A DNA stretch of 64,000 bases, taken from assembly GCA_963799775.1 (NCBI GenBank), contig CAWCYD010000003.1, positions 192,001-256,000 on the forward strand, in the 5' to 3' direction. Source of the DNA: an uncultured archaeon (GTDB lineage Archaea; Thermoproteota; Nitrososphaeria; Nitrososphaerales; Gagatemarchaeaceae). The notes beneath the pieces were generated by a model. It worked only from the letters and a program-made list of their open reading frames with translations, had not been told where the DNA came from and made no database searches. Of this stretch, positions 11,251 to 22,455 are shown in pieces; positions within the stretch are counted from its first letter, which is position 1; each line of letters starts with the position of its first letter. A program made the position numbers and the translations under genes.

Positions 11251-12660
11251 CTAGATGACCTCCGCGACAGCGCTGACCAGCTTCCCGATGTCCTCGCTCG
11301 TGTGGACCTCGGTCACGCAGAACGAGCCAGCCTCGCCTATCTGGGTGAGATGCCCGGAGAGCGGGTAGCCTGCCATCAGACCTCGCTTCGCCAGCTCGGT
11401 GAAGATCCAAGGGGCCTTCCTTCTCTGGTATCCGACAGTGAACTCGTTGAAGAACGCCCCCTCGAAGAGGGGCGCCTTCACGCCGTTGAGCTTCCCTATC
11501 ATCTCCGCCGCATAATGTGAGTTCGCCAGGTTCACCTCCCCGAGCCTCTTGAACCCTGTCCTGCCAAGCATCGACATGTAGGCCGCCGCCGCGAGCGCGA
11601 GGAGCGCCTGGTTCGTGCAGATGTTGGATGTCGCACCCTCCCTCCTGATGTGCTGCTCCCTTGTCTGGAGCACCATGCAGAACGCCTTCTGGGAGCCATC
11701 CTTGGTGGTCGTCATCCCGATGAGCCTCCCCGGCATGCTCCTCGCGAGACCGATGTCCTTGACGGCGAAGACGCCCATGTGGGGCCCGCCGAAGTTCATC
11801 GGGACTCCAAGCGGCTGCCCTTCGCCCACGGCGACGTCGGCCCCGTAACTGCCGGGGTCTCTAAGCACGGAGAGCGATATCGGATTGACCCCCACTATCA
11901 CCAAACCTCCTGCCTTGTGCACCATCTCGATCGCCTCCTCCACGTGCTCTTCGATGACTCCGAAGACGTTGGGGTTCTCCAGGTAGAGCGCCGCGACGTC
12001 ATCACCCGACTGCGAGAGCCTGGAGCCGAGCGACTTGAGGTCGATCCCCCCGGAATTCGAGTCGAACTCCACCGGCATGAGCTTGATCCCCATGGGTTCA
12101 GCGTAGGTCTTGATGACCTCGCGCCTCCCCTCTCCTATGCTCTTGGCACACAAGATCGTGCTCCTCCCCTTGACCCGCGATGCCATCCTGACCGCCTCGC
12201 CTGCCGCGGATGCCCAGTCGTACATCGAGCTGTTGCACACCTGCATCCCGAGGACATCGCACATCATGCTCTGATACTCGAATAGGGCCTGGAGCATCCC
12301 CTGGCTGATCTCAGGCTGATACGGCGTGTAGGCGGTGTAAAACTCCTGGCGCGATAGGATCGAGTCGACCGCGGCCGGGATGTAATGGGGATAGACGCCG
12401 CCTCCCAGGAAACAGAGCTGCTCCGGCGGAGTCTTGTTCCTCGCTAGCTTGCCTTGGAAGTCCCTTCTCACCAGGGCCTCCCCCTGGCCGTCGGGGATGG
12501 CAAGCTTCCTGTTCAGACGCAGGCCCTCGGGTATGTCAGAGAAGAGGTCGGCGATGGAGTCGGCCTTCACCTGTTTCAGCATCTTCTCGATGGTCTCGTC
12601 ATCGAGATTAGGCAGGAAGGGGTGTGGCTCTACCAAGTCGAGGGGCGAACCACCCACCAA
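11251..12660 (-). CDS. gcvPA: Glycine dehydrogenase (decarboxylating) subunit 1
   Basis: FLGGG, YTAYTPYQPEISQGMLQALFEYQ, QTREQHIRRE, SNICTNQ. Confidence 0.96.
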   Translation of the reverse strand: MVGGSPLDLVEPHPFLPNLDDETIEKMLKQVKADSIADLFSDIPEGLRLNRKLAIPDGQGEALVRRDFQGKLARNKTPPEQLCFLGGGVYPHYIPAAVDSILSRQEFYTAYTPYQPEISQGMLQALFEYQSMMCDVLGMQVCNSSMYDWASAAGEAVRMASRVKGRSTILCAKSIGEGRREVIKTYAEPMGIKLMPVEFDSNSGGIDLKSLGSRLSQSGDDVAALYLENPNVFGVIEEHVEEAIEMVHKAGGLVIVGVNPISLSVLRDPGSYGADVAVGEGQPLGVPMNFGGPHMGVFAVKDIGLARSMPGRLIGMTTTKDGSQKAFCMVLQTREQHIRREGATSNICTNQALLALAAAAYMSMLGRTGFKRLGEVNLANSHYAAEMIGKLNGVKAPLFEGAFFNEFTVGYQRRKAPWIFTELAKRGLMAGYPLSGHLTQIGEAGSFCVTEVHTSEDIGKLVSAVAEVI

Positions 12661-12848
12661 CTCGAACGGTTAAAATACGCTTCCTCAATCCTTAAATCCA
12701 ATCCGCGCAAAAATCGTGCTAGTCAGGTCTCGACCTCGAAGGTGGTCGGGTGTCTGCGATTACCCCGCGTTCCCGATAGGCTTTCCGTCTCTGAAGCGAA
12801 TCTGAAACAAACGAATTAAATACGTATCAGCTTTGGCTGAGACGAACT

Positions 12849-14543
12849 TTGAACTGGAGAGCCCTGCTGGCAGTGGTCGTCGCAGCGGGCCTAGCGCTTC
12901 AATTCGTGCCCGCATTCTCGCAGGGCAGCTCCAGCTCCGGCGTCGCCACCGTCACGGTGAAGCACTTCTACATCATCACGTCTTACGGATTCGGCGTCCT
13001 AAACGACAGCTTCACCTTCACGAACCCCGGGAGCGCGTCCTCCGTGCAGATCCCGACGATCCAGGTCTCGCTTCCGAGCAAGGTCGCCATCAGGACGGTG
13101 GGGATCGTGCTCAGTCCGAGCAACCAGTTCTCGATTGCCACCGGTCCTTCGGTAAACGGGACGAGCGTGGCGACGATCACGCCCAACTCGCCCACGCTGG
13201 CGGCGGGCCAGAACCTGACAGTCGCCTTGAAGGCCGTCCTTGACAACATCATGAACTACACCACGTCGACGGGTTACGACAGCGCCGCGAAGATGCTCGT
13301 GCTCCTCAGCCCGGGCCTGAACCTCGACGTCTCGCAGATGAAGTCGACGATAATACTTCCCACCGGCGCAGCCTTCGCGGGGACGCCGGCGGGTTTCGCG
13401 GCCCCAACGGGCAACTCCACCTCCAGCCCGACCTACACGATGAACCAGACGGCCATCCAGCCTCGCCCCCTCGCAGAATACCTGAACTTCACGGAGACGA
13501 ACCAGAGCGCGTTCACTCCCGTCACGGTCAACAAACTCGTGCGGACTATCGTGCCTTCTTCCAACGGCATCCCGATGGTGGAGGATTACTTCTCGCTCCA
13601 CAGCATCGCGGCGTACAACATCGCGCAGATACACATCTACCTCCTCAACCCGTCTCTCACGCAGGTCAGCATCCTCCCAGGCTCGGACCCGCCTCTGCTC
13701 AATCCGCAGATCACGCCTCTGGGCAGCGGAGAGATGGCCTTCGCCGACAACAGCCTCTCCAGCGAGCTCCTGTCGAACAGCAACTTCTCGCTCACAGTGT
13801 CCTATCCTCTTCCTTCTTCTATGATTACCACCAGCGGCAGCAAGGTGACCGTGATGGTCCCATATTCGCCGATAATCGCCGCGCCTGCAAGGAACTACAC
13901 CATCGCCCTCGCGCCCGCGAAAGGGATCGTTCCCTCAGGCCCCACGACGATGACGTTGAGCTCAGCGACGCCGTTCACTCCGGGCACGGCAGATTTCACA
14001 TATACGGTGAGCTTTGGCTGGGCGGCCGACCAGGCGATACCCGCAGGGGTGCTGGTCTTCGCGGTGGCCTTCGCCCTGTTTGCTATGCAAAAGCCCTCGA
14101 CCGAAGAGGAGACCGAAAGCGAGGAGAAGACAGTCCGAAGGACGGCGGACGTCCTTAGTGCGTTCGAGGAGAAGACTGCGCTAGAAGAGCAAAACGTCAA
14201 TGAGCTCTCCTCCGCCCAGAAGGGGTCCGTTGGGAAGAACGACTTCGACCGCATGCGGAACGAGATCAGCGACCTCAGGTCGCGCGCCCTCCAGAGGCTC
14301 TCGGAGATGAGGCAGGAGCTCGGCTCGGGCAAGCAGTATGAACTCCTCGGACGGGTGGTCGAGGCAGAAAGGGAAGAGGACAGGGCCTTCAGGGACCTCC
14401 TCAACCTCTACCAGCAGTATCTGGGAAGCAGGATGAACGAGGAGACGTTCAAGAGGCTCCAGCCCAACTACAGGAAGAGGCTAGACTCCGCGATAAACCG
14501 TCTCTCGGACCTTCTCCACGAGACGCAGACCGAAGAAAAGTAG
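12849..14543 (+). CDS. Secreted single-pass membrane protein with ribophorin-I-like architecture
   Basis: N-terminal signal peptide, S/T-rich beta-rich ectodomain with many N-x-S/T sequons, one TM (GVLVFAVAFALFAM), charged helical cytoplasmic tail. Confidence 0.6.
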   Translation: MNWRALLAVVVAAGLALQFVPAFSQGSSSSGVATVTVKHFYIITSYGFGVLNDSFTFTNPGSASSVQIPTIQVSLPSKVAIRTVGIVLSPSNQFSIATGPSVNGTSVATITPNSPTLAAGQNLTVALKAVLDNIMNYTTSTGYDSAAKMLVLLSPGLNLDVSQMKSTIILPTGAAFAGTPAGFAAPTGNSTSSPTYTMNQTAIQPRPLAEYLNFTETNQSAFTPVTVNKLVRTIVPSSNGIPMVEDYFSLHSIAAYNIAQIHIYLLNPSLTQVSILPGSDPPLLNPQITPLGSGEMAFADNSLSSELLSNSNFSLTVSYPLPSSMITTSGSKVTVMVPYSPIIAAPARNYTIALAPAKGIVPSGPTTMTLSSATPFTPGTADFTYTVSFGWAADQAIPAGVLVFAVAFALFAMQKPSTEEETESEEKTVRRTADVLSAFEEKTALEEQNVNELSSAQKGSVGKNDFDRMRNEISDLRSRALQRLSEMRQELGSGKQYELLGRVVEAEREEDRAFRDLLNLYQQYLGSRMNEETFKRLQPNYRKRLDSAINRLSDLLHETQTEEK

Positions 14544-14584
14544 TCGCTGCAGCCGTCCGTTCGGACGCCGGCTTTGGTCGTCTT

Positions 14585-15533
14585 CTAACTGCCGAGGAAT
14601 ATCGGGCTGCTCGTCTTGCTAGAAGCCAGGACTGCCTCGGCGATCCGCGTGACCATGAGCCCGTCCTTTCCCGTGACCAGTGGCTGCCTGCCCTCCGTGA
14701 TGGCCGCCGCGAACTCCTTCAGCTCCAGCATGAGCGGCTCCTGGATCGTGTGCTTCGGGACCTTCGTGCCCGACTCCTCGTGCACCTGGATCTCCTGCGA
14801 AATGAAATCCAGCGTCACCACTGCCTTCTCGAAGACAGCGCTCAGCTGCCTCACGCGGCTCGGCGTGACCCAGTTGGTGATTATCATCGCGGTCCTCTGG
14901 TCGCCGAACCCGAGGAGTATCGTCGCGAAGTCCTCGTTCTTCCCCATCACGCTCCCCACCCTTGCGTAGACCGTCTTGGGCTCCTCGCCGAAGAGCCACC
15001 TCGCCGTGTCGATGTCGTGGACGGAAGCGTCCTTGACGACCCCGACGTCCACTATGTTCTCGCCCCTCCGGTTCTCCCTGTGGTATTCGAAGAGGATGGG
15101 CCTTCCGAGGTTCCCCTGCGCCACCATCTTCTTCAGCTCGGTGATCGCCGGGTTGAACCTCTCGATGAACCCCACCGTGAGGATCTTGCCCCGCTTCTCG
15201 GCCGTGAGTATCAGGGCCCTGGGCCTCCTTGGTCGTGCTCGTCATGGGCTTCTCCACGAAGGTGTTGAACCCCCCGTTCAGCGTCTTGCTGGCGACCGCA
15301 AAGTGGGTGGAGGCCGGGGTGCAGACCGTCACCCCGTCAGGCTTCTCTTTCTCGAGGAGGTCGTCCACGCTCGTGTATCCCGGCACCCTAAACTTCTCAG
15401 CGAAGGCACGCGATCTCCCCGCGTCGAGGTCGCACACGGCCGCCAGGTAGCCGAGGTCGCTGAGCACCCTGACGTGGTTCTTCCCCCAGCCACCGGTCCC
15501 GATGACGGCTATCCTGACCATGAGAATGGTCAC
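14585..15533 (-). CDS. Gfo/Idh/MocA family oxidoreductase (indel near 15215)
   Basis: IAVIGTGGWG, EKP, GFIERFNPA, DASVHDID. Confidence 0.9.
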
Positions 15534-15570
15534 GCGCCCCGCTGACCGTTTTAACGGTTTGCGGCTGAGT

Positions 15571-16711
15571 TCACGCCCGGGAGATGCCCGTGGTGGCCTT
15601 GAGTATGGTGATCTCCGTGCTCCTCAACGTCTTCTTCAGGCCCTTGAACCACTCGTGGTCCGCAGGGGTGCAGACTATCGCCACGTTGTGCTTGTAGCTG
15701 TCGATGAGGTCGTCCGTCCTCGAAGAGACGTCCACCTGGCGGACGTCGGTGACGTAGTCCCTGAGCTTCTCGGTGAGAGACTGGGCCGTCAGGAGCCTGT
15801 CGGCCCGCATCTCGTACCTGTCGCCCGACCACGCGACGAGCACCCGCGTCCTGCTCGCCTTCAGCTGGAGCTCTCGGAGGAGGTCACGGGTCTCCTCGAC
15901 GACGTATCTCTCGTAGTTCTCCAGGCTCTTCACCGCCGCTCCCGCGAGGTAGGTGATCGGCTCGCCGACGTCCTCGCTCGACTGGATCGCCGTGAGGTCG
16001 AAGATCAGCGAAGCCAACTGGTCCACATATCTCTCCTGGTCTGGGCTCATCGTCGCGTCCATCTCCCAGGCCTTGCGCTTCAGCTCGATCTCCGCCGCCA
16101 TCGAGGTGCAGACGGCCAGCACCCGCGAGATGTAGTCGATCTCCAGGCCCGAGATGTCGCCGTAGGCGACCTTGAACCCCATGTCCTCCAAGGGCGTGAA
16201 CTCCTTCGCCGAGGCCTTGGTCCCGAAGACCGCCACCGGCCCATCCGTCCCGGGAGGCAGAGGCCCCACGGGGTGATAGGCGTAATTGAGACGCTCGCCC
16301 ACCTTCAGCCCGGTCTGCTTCTCGAGCATGGCCACGTTGTCAGCGTTCCCTCCGACGCCGGTTGGGAGCATGTTGATGACCGTCGACCCTGTCGAGGCAT
16401 ACTTCGCGACGTCCCTCAGCTTGCCGTTCGCCTCGATGACCGATTCGTCCCCCATCTTCTTCAGCTTCGGTGTGAACATGACAACTTCGGCCTCCGAGAG
16501 GAGCCTGCGAGACAGGCTTCAGCCCCATCAGGGTCTCGTCCCCGAAGAGCTGCTGCACGGTCTTCCTCGATTTCACTATCCCGGGCTCGAGGTCCATCGC
16601 CATCTGGAGCGTCTCGTCGACTATCGTCACGCTGCACTTGTCGAGGATCCGGGCGGCAGCGGAATATCCTTCGCTGGTGAGACCGTAGATTGCAACCTTC
16701 GGCTTGGGCAA
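15571..16711 (-). CDS. Divergent UDP-glucose/GDP-mannose dehydrogenase-like protein (indel near 16500)
   Basis: KVAIYGL N-terminal strand, C-terminal AIVCT..DHEWF resembling the UDP-binding domain; next to Gfo oxidoreductase. Confidence 0.5.
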
Positions 16712-16750
16712 AGGAAGAGAGCTCTAGGCCGCCATCCTTCGCGCGTGAGA

Positions 16751-17161
16751 TTATAGACTTTCGATTTGCATTCGTTTCCGCCGGGCTGGGATCATCGGGA
16801 GGGCCGCCGACCTCTTCTTCTCGGCCTCGTTCATCTTGACCCGCGCTCTTACCAGCCTCTTCACGAGGCCGACGGGCATCTTGTTGTCCAGGGGAAGGTG
16901 GACCGCCGACTTCGTCGTCACATAGCCGGCCAGGACGCCCTTGTGCTCGTCTATGACTGGCGGACGGAGATATAATCCGATGAAGGAGCTTTGGAGGCCG
17001 AACCAGGCTAGCCGACCCTTGTACTCGTAGTAAGGCATCTTGTAGCTGATGCTCTCCTTCGCCTGAGGCGCGACCTCCCTGATCGCAGCTCGGACCTCTC
17101 TTAGCTTTCCCTGCACCTCCTTGGGCGCGGACAATATGTATTCGTCCACTGTCTCCGTCAA
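16751..17161 (-). CDS. DUF1801 (YdhG-like) protein
   Basis: TVDEYI, ESISYKMPYY, SAVHLPLD..MP..LVKRLV. Confidence 0.85.
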   Translation of the reverse strand: MTETVDEYILSAPKEVQGKLREVRAAIREVAPQAKESISYKMPYYEYKGRLAWFGLQSSFIGLYLRPPVIDEHKGVLAGYVTTKSAVHLPLDNKMPVGLVKRLVRARVKMNEAEKKRSAALPMIPARRKRMQIESL

Positions 17162-17315
17162 ACCGGTCGCCTAACGTCCCGTAAGGGCGATTTCTAATAG
17201 CCTTTGCAATAAAAAGGGCATGGGGGCTTTTATCGTATTTTGACTGATTTTACTCCGGTGTATCCGTCTTTTGCGTCCAATGAAATGGACCTGCGCTGTC
17301 GGGGCTGGGTAGAGC

Positions 17316-17984
17316 TTGGACTGGACATACATCTCGGGATTCTTCGATGGGGAGGGCGGGATAACCGTGGATGCCCCGAAGGGTTCAAGAGTTCTTGTTT
17401 TGAGTGTGGGAATTTCGCAGAAGAGCAAAGAGGTGCTTGAAATCATTGCAAGATTTCTCAAAGCTCACGGGATTAGCTCCCGATTTGCTGTCTCAGGAGC
17501 GGGAATAAACAGCCTCAGAATAGAAAGAATCAAAGACATAATTAGTTTTCTCTCTCACTTGACGCTTATCGTGAAACTGCGACAGGCCGAGGCAAGTATA
17601 GATTATCTTCGAGGTCGCATCACGGGAAACGAATTGCTGTCAATCTTCAGGGAAGAACACCTCGGAGGGCGACGGCGATTCGCACCTTTTCCCCGTAGAG
17701 AGTGGAATTTTGATTTGAACCATGAGCAGGCAAAACGGCTGGCCGAACAAGAACGCGGAAAGGCATCGGCGAAGGCTAGGAATTGCTTGAACTCGGACGA
17801 TCTTCGCGCGATGGTCTTCAAGCTACCCTTGTCGTTTGGCATTCAAGATGTTGCCGACTCATTCTCCGTCTCAAAGCAAAGAGCCTCTTACATAGTTAAG
17901 CTCATGAGACGCCAAGGGTTTGTTGTAGGCGAGCTACGCTATCACTCACACCCGAGAACCCTGGTTTGCAAGAGAACGATTTAG
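17316..17984 (+). mobile_element. Free-standing LAGLIDADG homing endonuclease with probable C-terminal HTH
   Basis: WTYISGFFDGEG motif, ISQKSKEVL, LIVK; AT-richer codon usage than flanks; C-terminal GIQDVADSFSVSKQRASYIVKLM. Confidence 0.85.
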
Positions 17985-17998
17985 GGATGCGAAAAACC

Positions 17999-19059
17999 AT
18001 GAGATTATGGTTTGACATATTAACGCCAAAGCAACTTCTTTTTTTTCGGCCCGTCATGGATGAACCTTCGAAACGAGGGCCACGAGGTCTTTGCTACTTC
18101 GAGAAGATACCGAGAGGTCGAACAGATGGCTTCGAACCTCGGACTCAATCTGTCCTTTGTGGGGTCTAGAGGAGGCAAGGAACCTCACGACCAGCTTCAG
18201 CGCAGCCTCGAGCGGATGGAGAAGATGCTCCCGCTCGTCTCCAAGTTCTCCCCTGACCTCTCCGTCTCCGTGGCCTCGGCAGACTGCGCGAGGATCTCGT
18301 TCGGCCTGCGGGTGAGGCACGTCGCGGTGAACGACTCCCCGCACTCGCTCGTCGCGGGGAAGCTCTCCCTCCCGCTCTCACACCACCTGCTGACGCCCTG
18401 GATCATCCCCTACTCCGCTTGGTCGGTCTTCGGGATATCGAAGGGCCAGGTCACCCGATACAGGGCGCTCGACCCTGCCGCGTGGCTGAAGCGCAGGAGG
18501 CCTTCGCCCGCACGCGGCCCCCCTCGGGAAGGCGAGAAGGCCACGATACTCGTCCGCTTGGAGGAGTCATATGCCCCGTATCTAGCCGGCAGCGACGAGT
18601 CGTGGACTGAGAAGGTACTCGCCCAGTTGGAGAGCGATTTCCAAGGACATAGGCTCGTGGCCCTCTGCCGCTACGAGGGCCAGCTCTCGAGAGTCAAGGA
18701 GCGGTTCGGCTCCGCCTTCGAGGGTCCCCCAGCACGTGGTCGACGGCGCAGAACTCCTGAGGGGATCCGACGTGTTCGTGGGGATGGGAGGGACGATGAC
18801 CACGGAAGCCGCCTTGTTGGGTGTCCCCGCAGTCTCTGCGTTCCAGGGGGCCGAGCTCTACACCGAGAAGTATCTCCTCTCCAAGAGGCTGCTGTTGAAA
18901 GCGAGAAGCCCCGCCGCTGTCTCCAGGTGCGTGCGGCTCTCGCTCGTGCCCCGCTATGCTGAAGGATATCAAAAGAGGGCGCGGGCCTTGCTCGACTGGA
19001 TGGACGACCCGGTCGCTGCGGTCACAGGCTATCTCGGCTCTCTGGAAGCGCCCGCTTGA
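17999..19059 (+). CDS. DUF354 family protein (indels near 18065 and 18725)
   Basis: MRLWFDILTPKQLLFF, VNDSPH, LVRLEES.APY, GMGGTMTTEAALLGVP. Confidence 0.88.
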
Positions 19060-19138
19060 AGGCCATCTCCTAATTCCCTGCGGCTCTATACTTCTCAAGC
19101 CTCGCAATATATTCTATCGATAACCAATAAATCGGAAA

Positions 19139-19459
19139 GTGTGTCTCTTGGAAACGAGTGAAAAAGAAAATGGAAGAAATTGTAATGGGACAGCCGGTGC
19201 CGGACGCAGGGCCCCTCGACGAACGAAAGGCCCCGTGATGAGGACGCTGGCGAGATTCCACGAGTGCGATGTCGACACGCTGCAGAACAGGGTCGACGCG
19301 AACGAGCTCGACCTCCACGAGATCCTCCAAGAGATGGTCGCGAAGAACGAGGTGGAGGCGATGCCGACGGCGGGCCGAAGAGAAGTCTTCGCTCTGACCC
19401 TCAAGGGATGGGGCGAATACCTGCGGGTGCTCGGCTCAATCTACGAGCTTACAGAGTAG
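19139..19459 (+). CDS. Small hypothetical protein, possible winged helix; start uncertain
   Basis: Host-like codons in 3' part; LQEMVAKNEVE...VFALTLKG resembles a wHTH wing. Confidence 0.5.
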   Translation: MCLLETSEKENGRNCNGTAGAGRRAPRRTKGPVMRTLARFHECDVDTLQNRVDANELDLHEILQEMVAKNEVEAMPTAGRREVFALTLKGWGEYLRVLGSIYELTE

Positions 19460-19595
19460 TGAGCAGGGCTACCGCCGTTGCGAAGCGCTAGCCCCGTCCG
19501 CGATTATTTTGTATCGATTCGCCACATGATTTATATCGCGTTCGGGATGACATCCGTTCGGATGTCTCTACGCGGTCTCGCTTGGTCTGCCTGGA

Positions 19596-20099
19596 GTGGT
19601 TGAGATGGACCTCTTCATCCTGAGGCACGCAGAGGCGGGGAAGAGCCTCCCGGCGAGGGCGAAGGACGCCGAACGCGCCCTTACAGCCGACGGAAAAGAG
19701 GAGCTCGAAGAGGTGGCGCGTTCGCTCGCGCGGATGAAGATCAAGCCCGACCACATAGTCTCCAGCCCCTTGAGGCGCTCGAGAGAGACCGCCGAGATAG
19801 TGGCAAAGGCCCTCAAGAAGAGAGGCAAGGTCGAGATCTGGGACGAGCTAAAGCCGGAGGGTAGCAAGGTGGATCTCTACAAGAGGCTGGCAAAGGTCAA
19901 ACCAGAGTCACGCGTCCTGATGGTCGGGCACGAGCCCTATCTGACGCAGGTCATCAACGACATGATGGGGCACCAAGGAGCGGCACGGATACTCCTGAGG
20001 AAGGGCGGCCTCGCACGATTATCAATAAAGTCCCTTGTACCGAAACCGGAGGGAGAGCTAAGATGGCTGTTGACTCCAAGGCTCCTGAAGCGGATGTAA
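19596..20099 (+). CDS. sixA: Phosphohistidine phosphatase SixA
   Basis: LRHAEA, RALT..G, SSPLRRSRETA, VGHEP. Confidence 0.9.
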   Translation: MVEMDLFILRHAEAGKSLPARAKDAERALTADGKEELEEVARSLARMKIKPDHIVSSPLRRSRETAEIVAKALKKRGKVEIWDELKPEGSKVDLYKRLAKVKPESRVLMVGHEPYLTQVINDMMGHQGAARILLRKGGLARLSIKSLVPKPEGELRWLLTPRLLKRM

Positions 20100-21663
20100 T
20101 AGGCTACGGGCCTGATGCCGCCGGGCATCCCGCCGGCTACGTCGCCTCGGTCCTCGACCTCGGATTCAACTCGGCGAAGCTGGCGACCTACCAAGTCAAC
20201 GGAAGGACGAGCTACAGACTGATCTCGCAAGAGGACGCGAAGGTGAAGCTGGGCGAGGAGCTCGACGAGACCGGGTTCCTCGGCGTCTCTCCAATCGAGC
20301 GGACCCTCAGGGTCTTGAAGATGTTCAGGGAGATGGTCGAGTTCGAGTCGCCGAGATACGTCCTCCCCGTCGCGACGAGCGCGGTGAGAGAGGCGGCGAA
20401 CAGGTCGGAGTTCTTGCACCTCTCGGAGGAGACCTCGAAGTTCAAGTTCCGGGTGCTCTCCGAGCAGGAGGAGGCGCTCCTCTCTTACTTCGGCGCCGTC
20501 CTTTCTCTGAAGATACCCACAGGCGTGTTCTTCGACCTGGGCGGAGGCACCCTCGCCATGGTCTACGCAGAGGAGTTCCGAGTGAGGAAGAGTCCATCTG
20601 CCTTCCCCTGGGGGCGCGGAGGCTCTCGTACCTCTACGGGAACCCAAAGAAGGGGGGGCTCATCGTGCGGAAGGACTACGAGAGGCTGAAGGAGCACATC
20701 CTCGAGCTGCTCCCAGGGAGGAGGGAGCTCCGCCTCAACAAGAGAGCCAAACTGGTCGGCGTGGGCGGGACAGTGAGAGCGCTCGCCCGCTATCACCTGG
20801 ACAGGTCGCGTTATCCGTTCGAGAAGCTCCACAACTATCGGATGGACTACGACGAGGTGGCTTGGATCACGTCCCAGTTCTTCAGGATGAAGAGGCAGGA
20901 GATGAAGTCCCTGCAGTCGATGGGGCAGGCAAGGGCCGAGACGATGGCGGCGGGCTCCTGCGTCATACGGCTCCTGATGAAGAACCTCGGGGTCAACGAG
21001 CTGGTCACGAGCACCCACGGCCTCAGGGAAGGGACGCTCGCCCTGTTCCTTCACGACCACAGGTGGTTCACCGCCAGGAGCTTCGAGCCTTCCACGATAG
21101 ACCGTCAGCTCACGCTCTCCGGAAGGACCTGGAAGTCTTCGTGGGAGCGCCATGTGAGCGAGCTCTTCTCCGCCGACATGATCAACGAGCTGGAATACTC
21201 GCTCCTTCTGGAAGCGTTCGAGATGGTCAGGATCGCCCCTCTTGCTGCGGACCTGAAGGAGCGCTTCCACGGGATAATGGGGGTCGACACGCCCCTCAGC
21301 CACGTCGACCAGCTGCGGGTCGCGATATCGATAATCTCAGCTGCGAGCGCGAGCTACGCGAACTCTCTGGTCGAGGCCTACAGTCCCCCGCTCAGGCGAA
21401 AGGACAAGGAGACGGCGAAGCGGCTCTCCGCGGCGTTCCTGCTCCTGGAGCTCTTGGAGAGGATGAAGGCACGGATGATCATACGGGGCTCCGCCACGTC
21501 CGAGAGGAGCCGACCGCTGAAGATGGAGTTTATAGTCCGCGGAGTTTACGCCGAAGAGCTCTTGGCCAAGGCGATCTCATCCATCAGAGACGAATTCAAG
21601 GTGGAGGTGGGCTACACCATCGAGAAGGTGAGGAAGGTCATGCCCCTGGAGTTGCAAAGATGA
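20063..21663 (+). CDS. ppx: Ppx/GppA exopolyphosphatase (indel near 20600; start uncertain)
   Basis: DLGFNS, ATSAVREAAN, EEA, DLGGGT, GVGGTVR, GLREG. Confidence 0.9.
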
Positions 21664-21690
21664 TCTCAAAGCCTGCCAACAAGACGAGGC

Positions 21691-22455
21691 GTGGCAACGG
21701 TGCTCGCACGAGAGCTCCGCCGACCAAAAGGCCATCAAGCCAGAGGTCCATCGCCGGTGGTCGACTCTAGGAACGGACGCCTGATCGCCGTCGAGGGAGT
21801 CGACGGCTCGGGCAAGTCCACCCAGCTCCACCTTCTGGAGCAGTGGTTGAGGCACCTGAGCCTCAAGGTCTTCAAGACAGAGTGGAACTCTTCCGAGACC
21901 GTGAAGGAGATCACGTCGAGAGGGAAGAAGAAAGGCCTCCTGACCCCGACGACCTTCAGCCTCCTCCACGCGACCGATTTCGCCGACAGATATGAGAGGA
22001 ACATCCTCCCGCTCCTCGAGGCGGGCTACTTCGTCCTCGCGGACAGATACATCTACACCGCGTTCGCGAGGGACATCGTCCGTGGCTGCCACCCGGCATG
22101 GGTGAGAAAGATCTACAGCTACGCACTGAAACCCGACCTGACGTTCTACTTCAGAGTCCCCGTCGATGTGGCGGTCTCGAGGATCCTGGCCGGCCGCCCG
22201 AAGCTAAAGTATTACGAGGCTGGTATGGACCTTAATCTGTCGAACGACCCCTATGAGAGCTACAGGATATTCCAGGGCAGGATCGTAGAGCAATACGAGT
22301 CGATGGTCGAGTCCGAGGGGCTCGTCGCGATAGACGCGAACAGGGGGATCGAGGAGCAACAGCTCGAGGTCCGCACGAAGGTCAGGAAGCTGATGGGGGG
22401 CCTGGTCCCAGGCGAGGCCGCAGAAGCGGTGGTGCGGAGCGTTGGCGATAACTAG
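21691..22455 (+). CDS. Thymidylate-kinase-like protein, probable PPK3 catalytic subunit
   Basis: EGVDGSGKST Walker A, LADRY; located in polyphosphate cluster. Confidence 0.75.
   Translation: MATVLARELRRPKGHQARGPSPVVDSRNGRLIAVEGVDGSGKSTQLHLLEQWLRHLSLKVFKTEWNSSETVKEITSRGKKKGLLTPTTFSLLHATDFADRYERNILPLLEAGYFVLADRYIYTAFARDIVRGCHPAWVRKIYSYALKPDLTFYFRVPVDVAVSRILAGRPKLKYYEAGMDLNLSNDPYESYRIFQGRIVEQYESMVESEGLVAIDANRGIEEQQLEVRTKVRKLMGGLVPGEAAEAVVRSVGDN

Noticed and set aside
17171-17990. LAGLIDADG ORF as part of an archaeal intron or intein
   Set aside because: No interrupted rRNA, tRNA or protein gene flanks it, and no intein splicing termini are visible
18039-18046. T8 tract as a phase-variation switch in DUF354
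   Set aside because: The frame is correct through the tract (LLFF); the break is ~20 nt downstream
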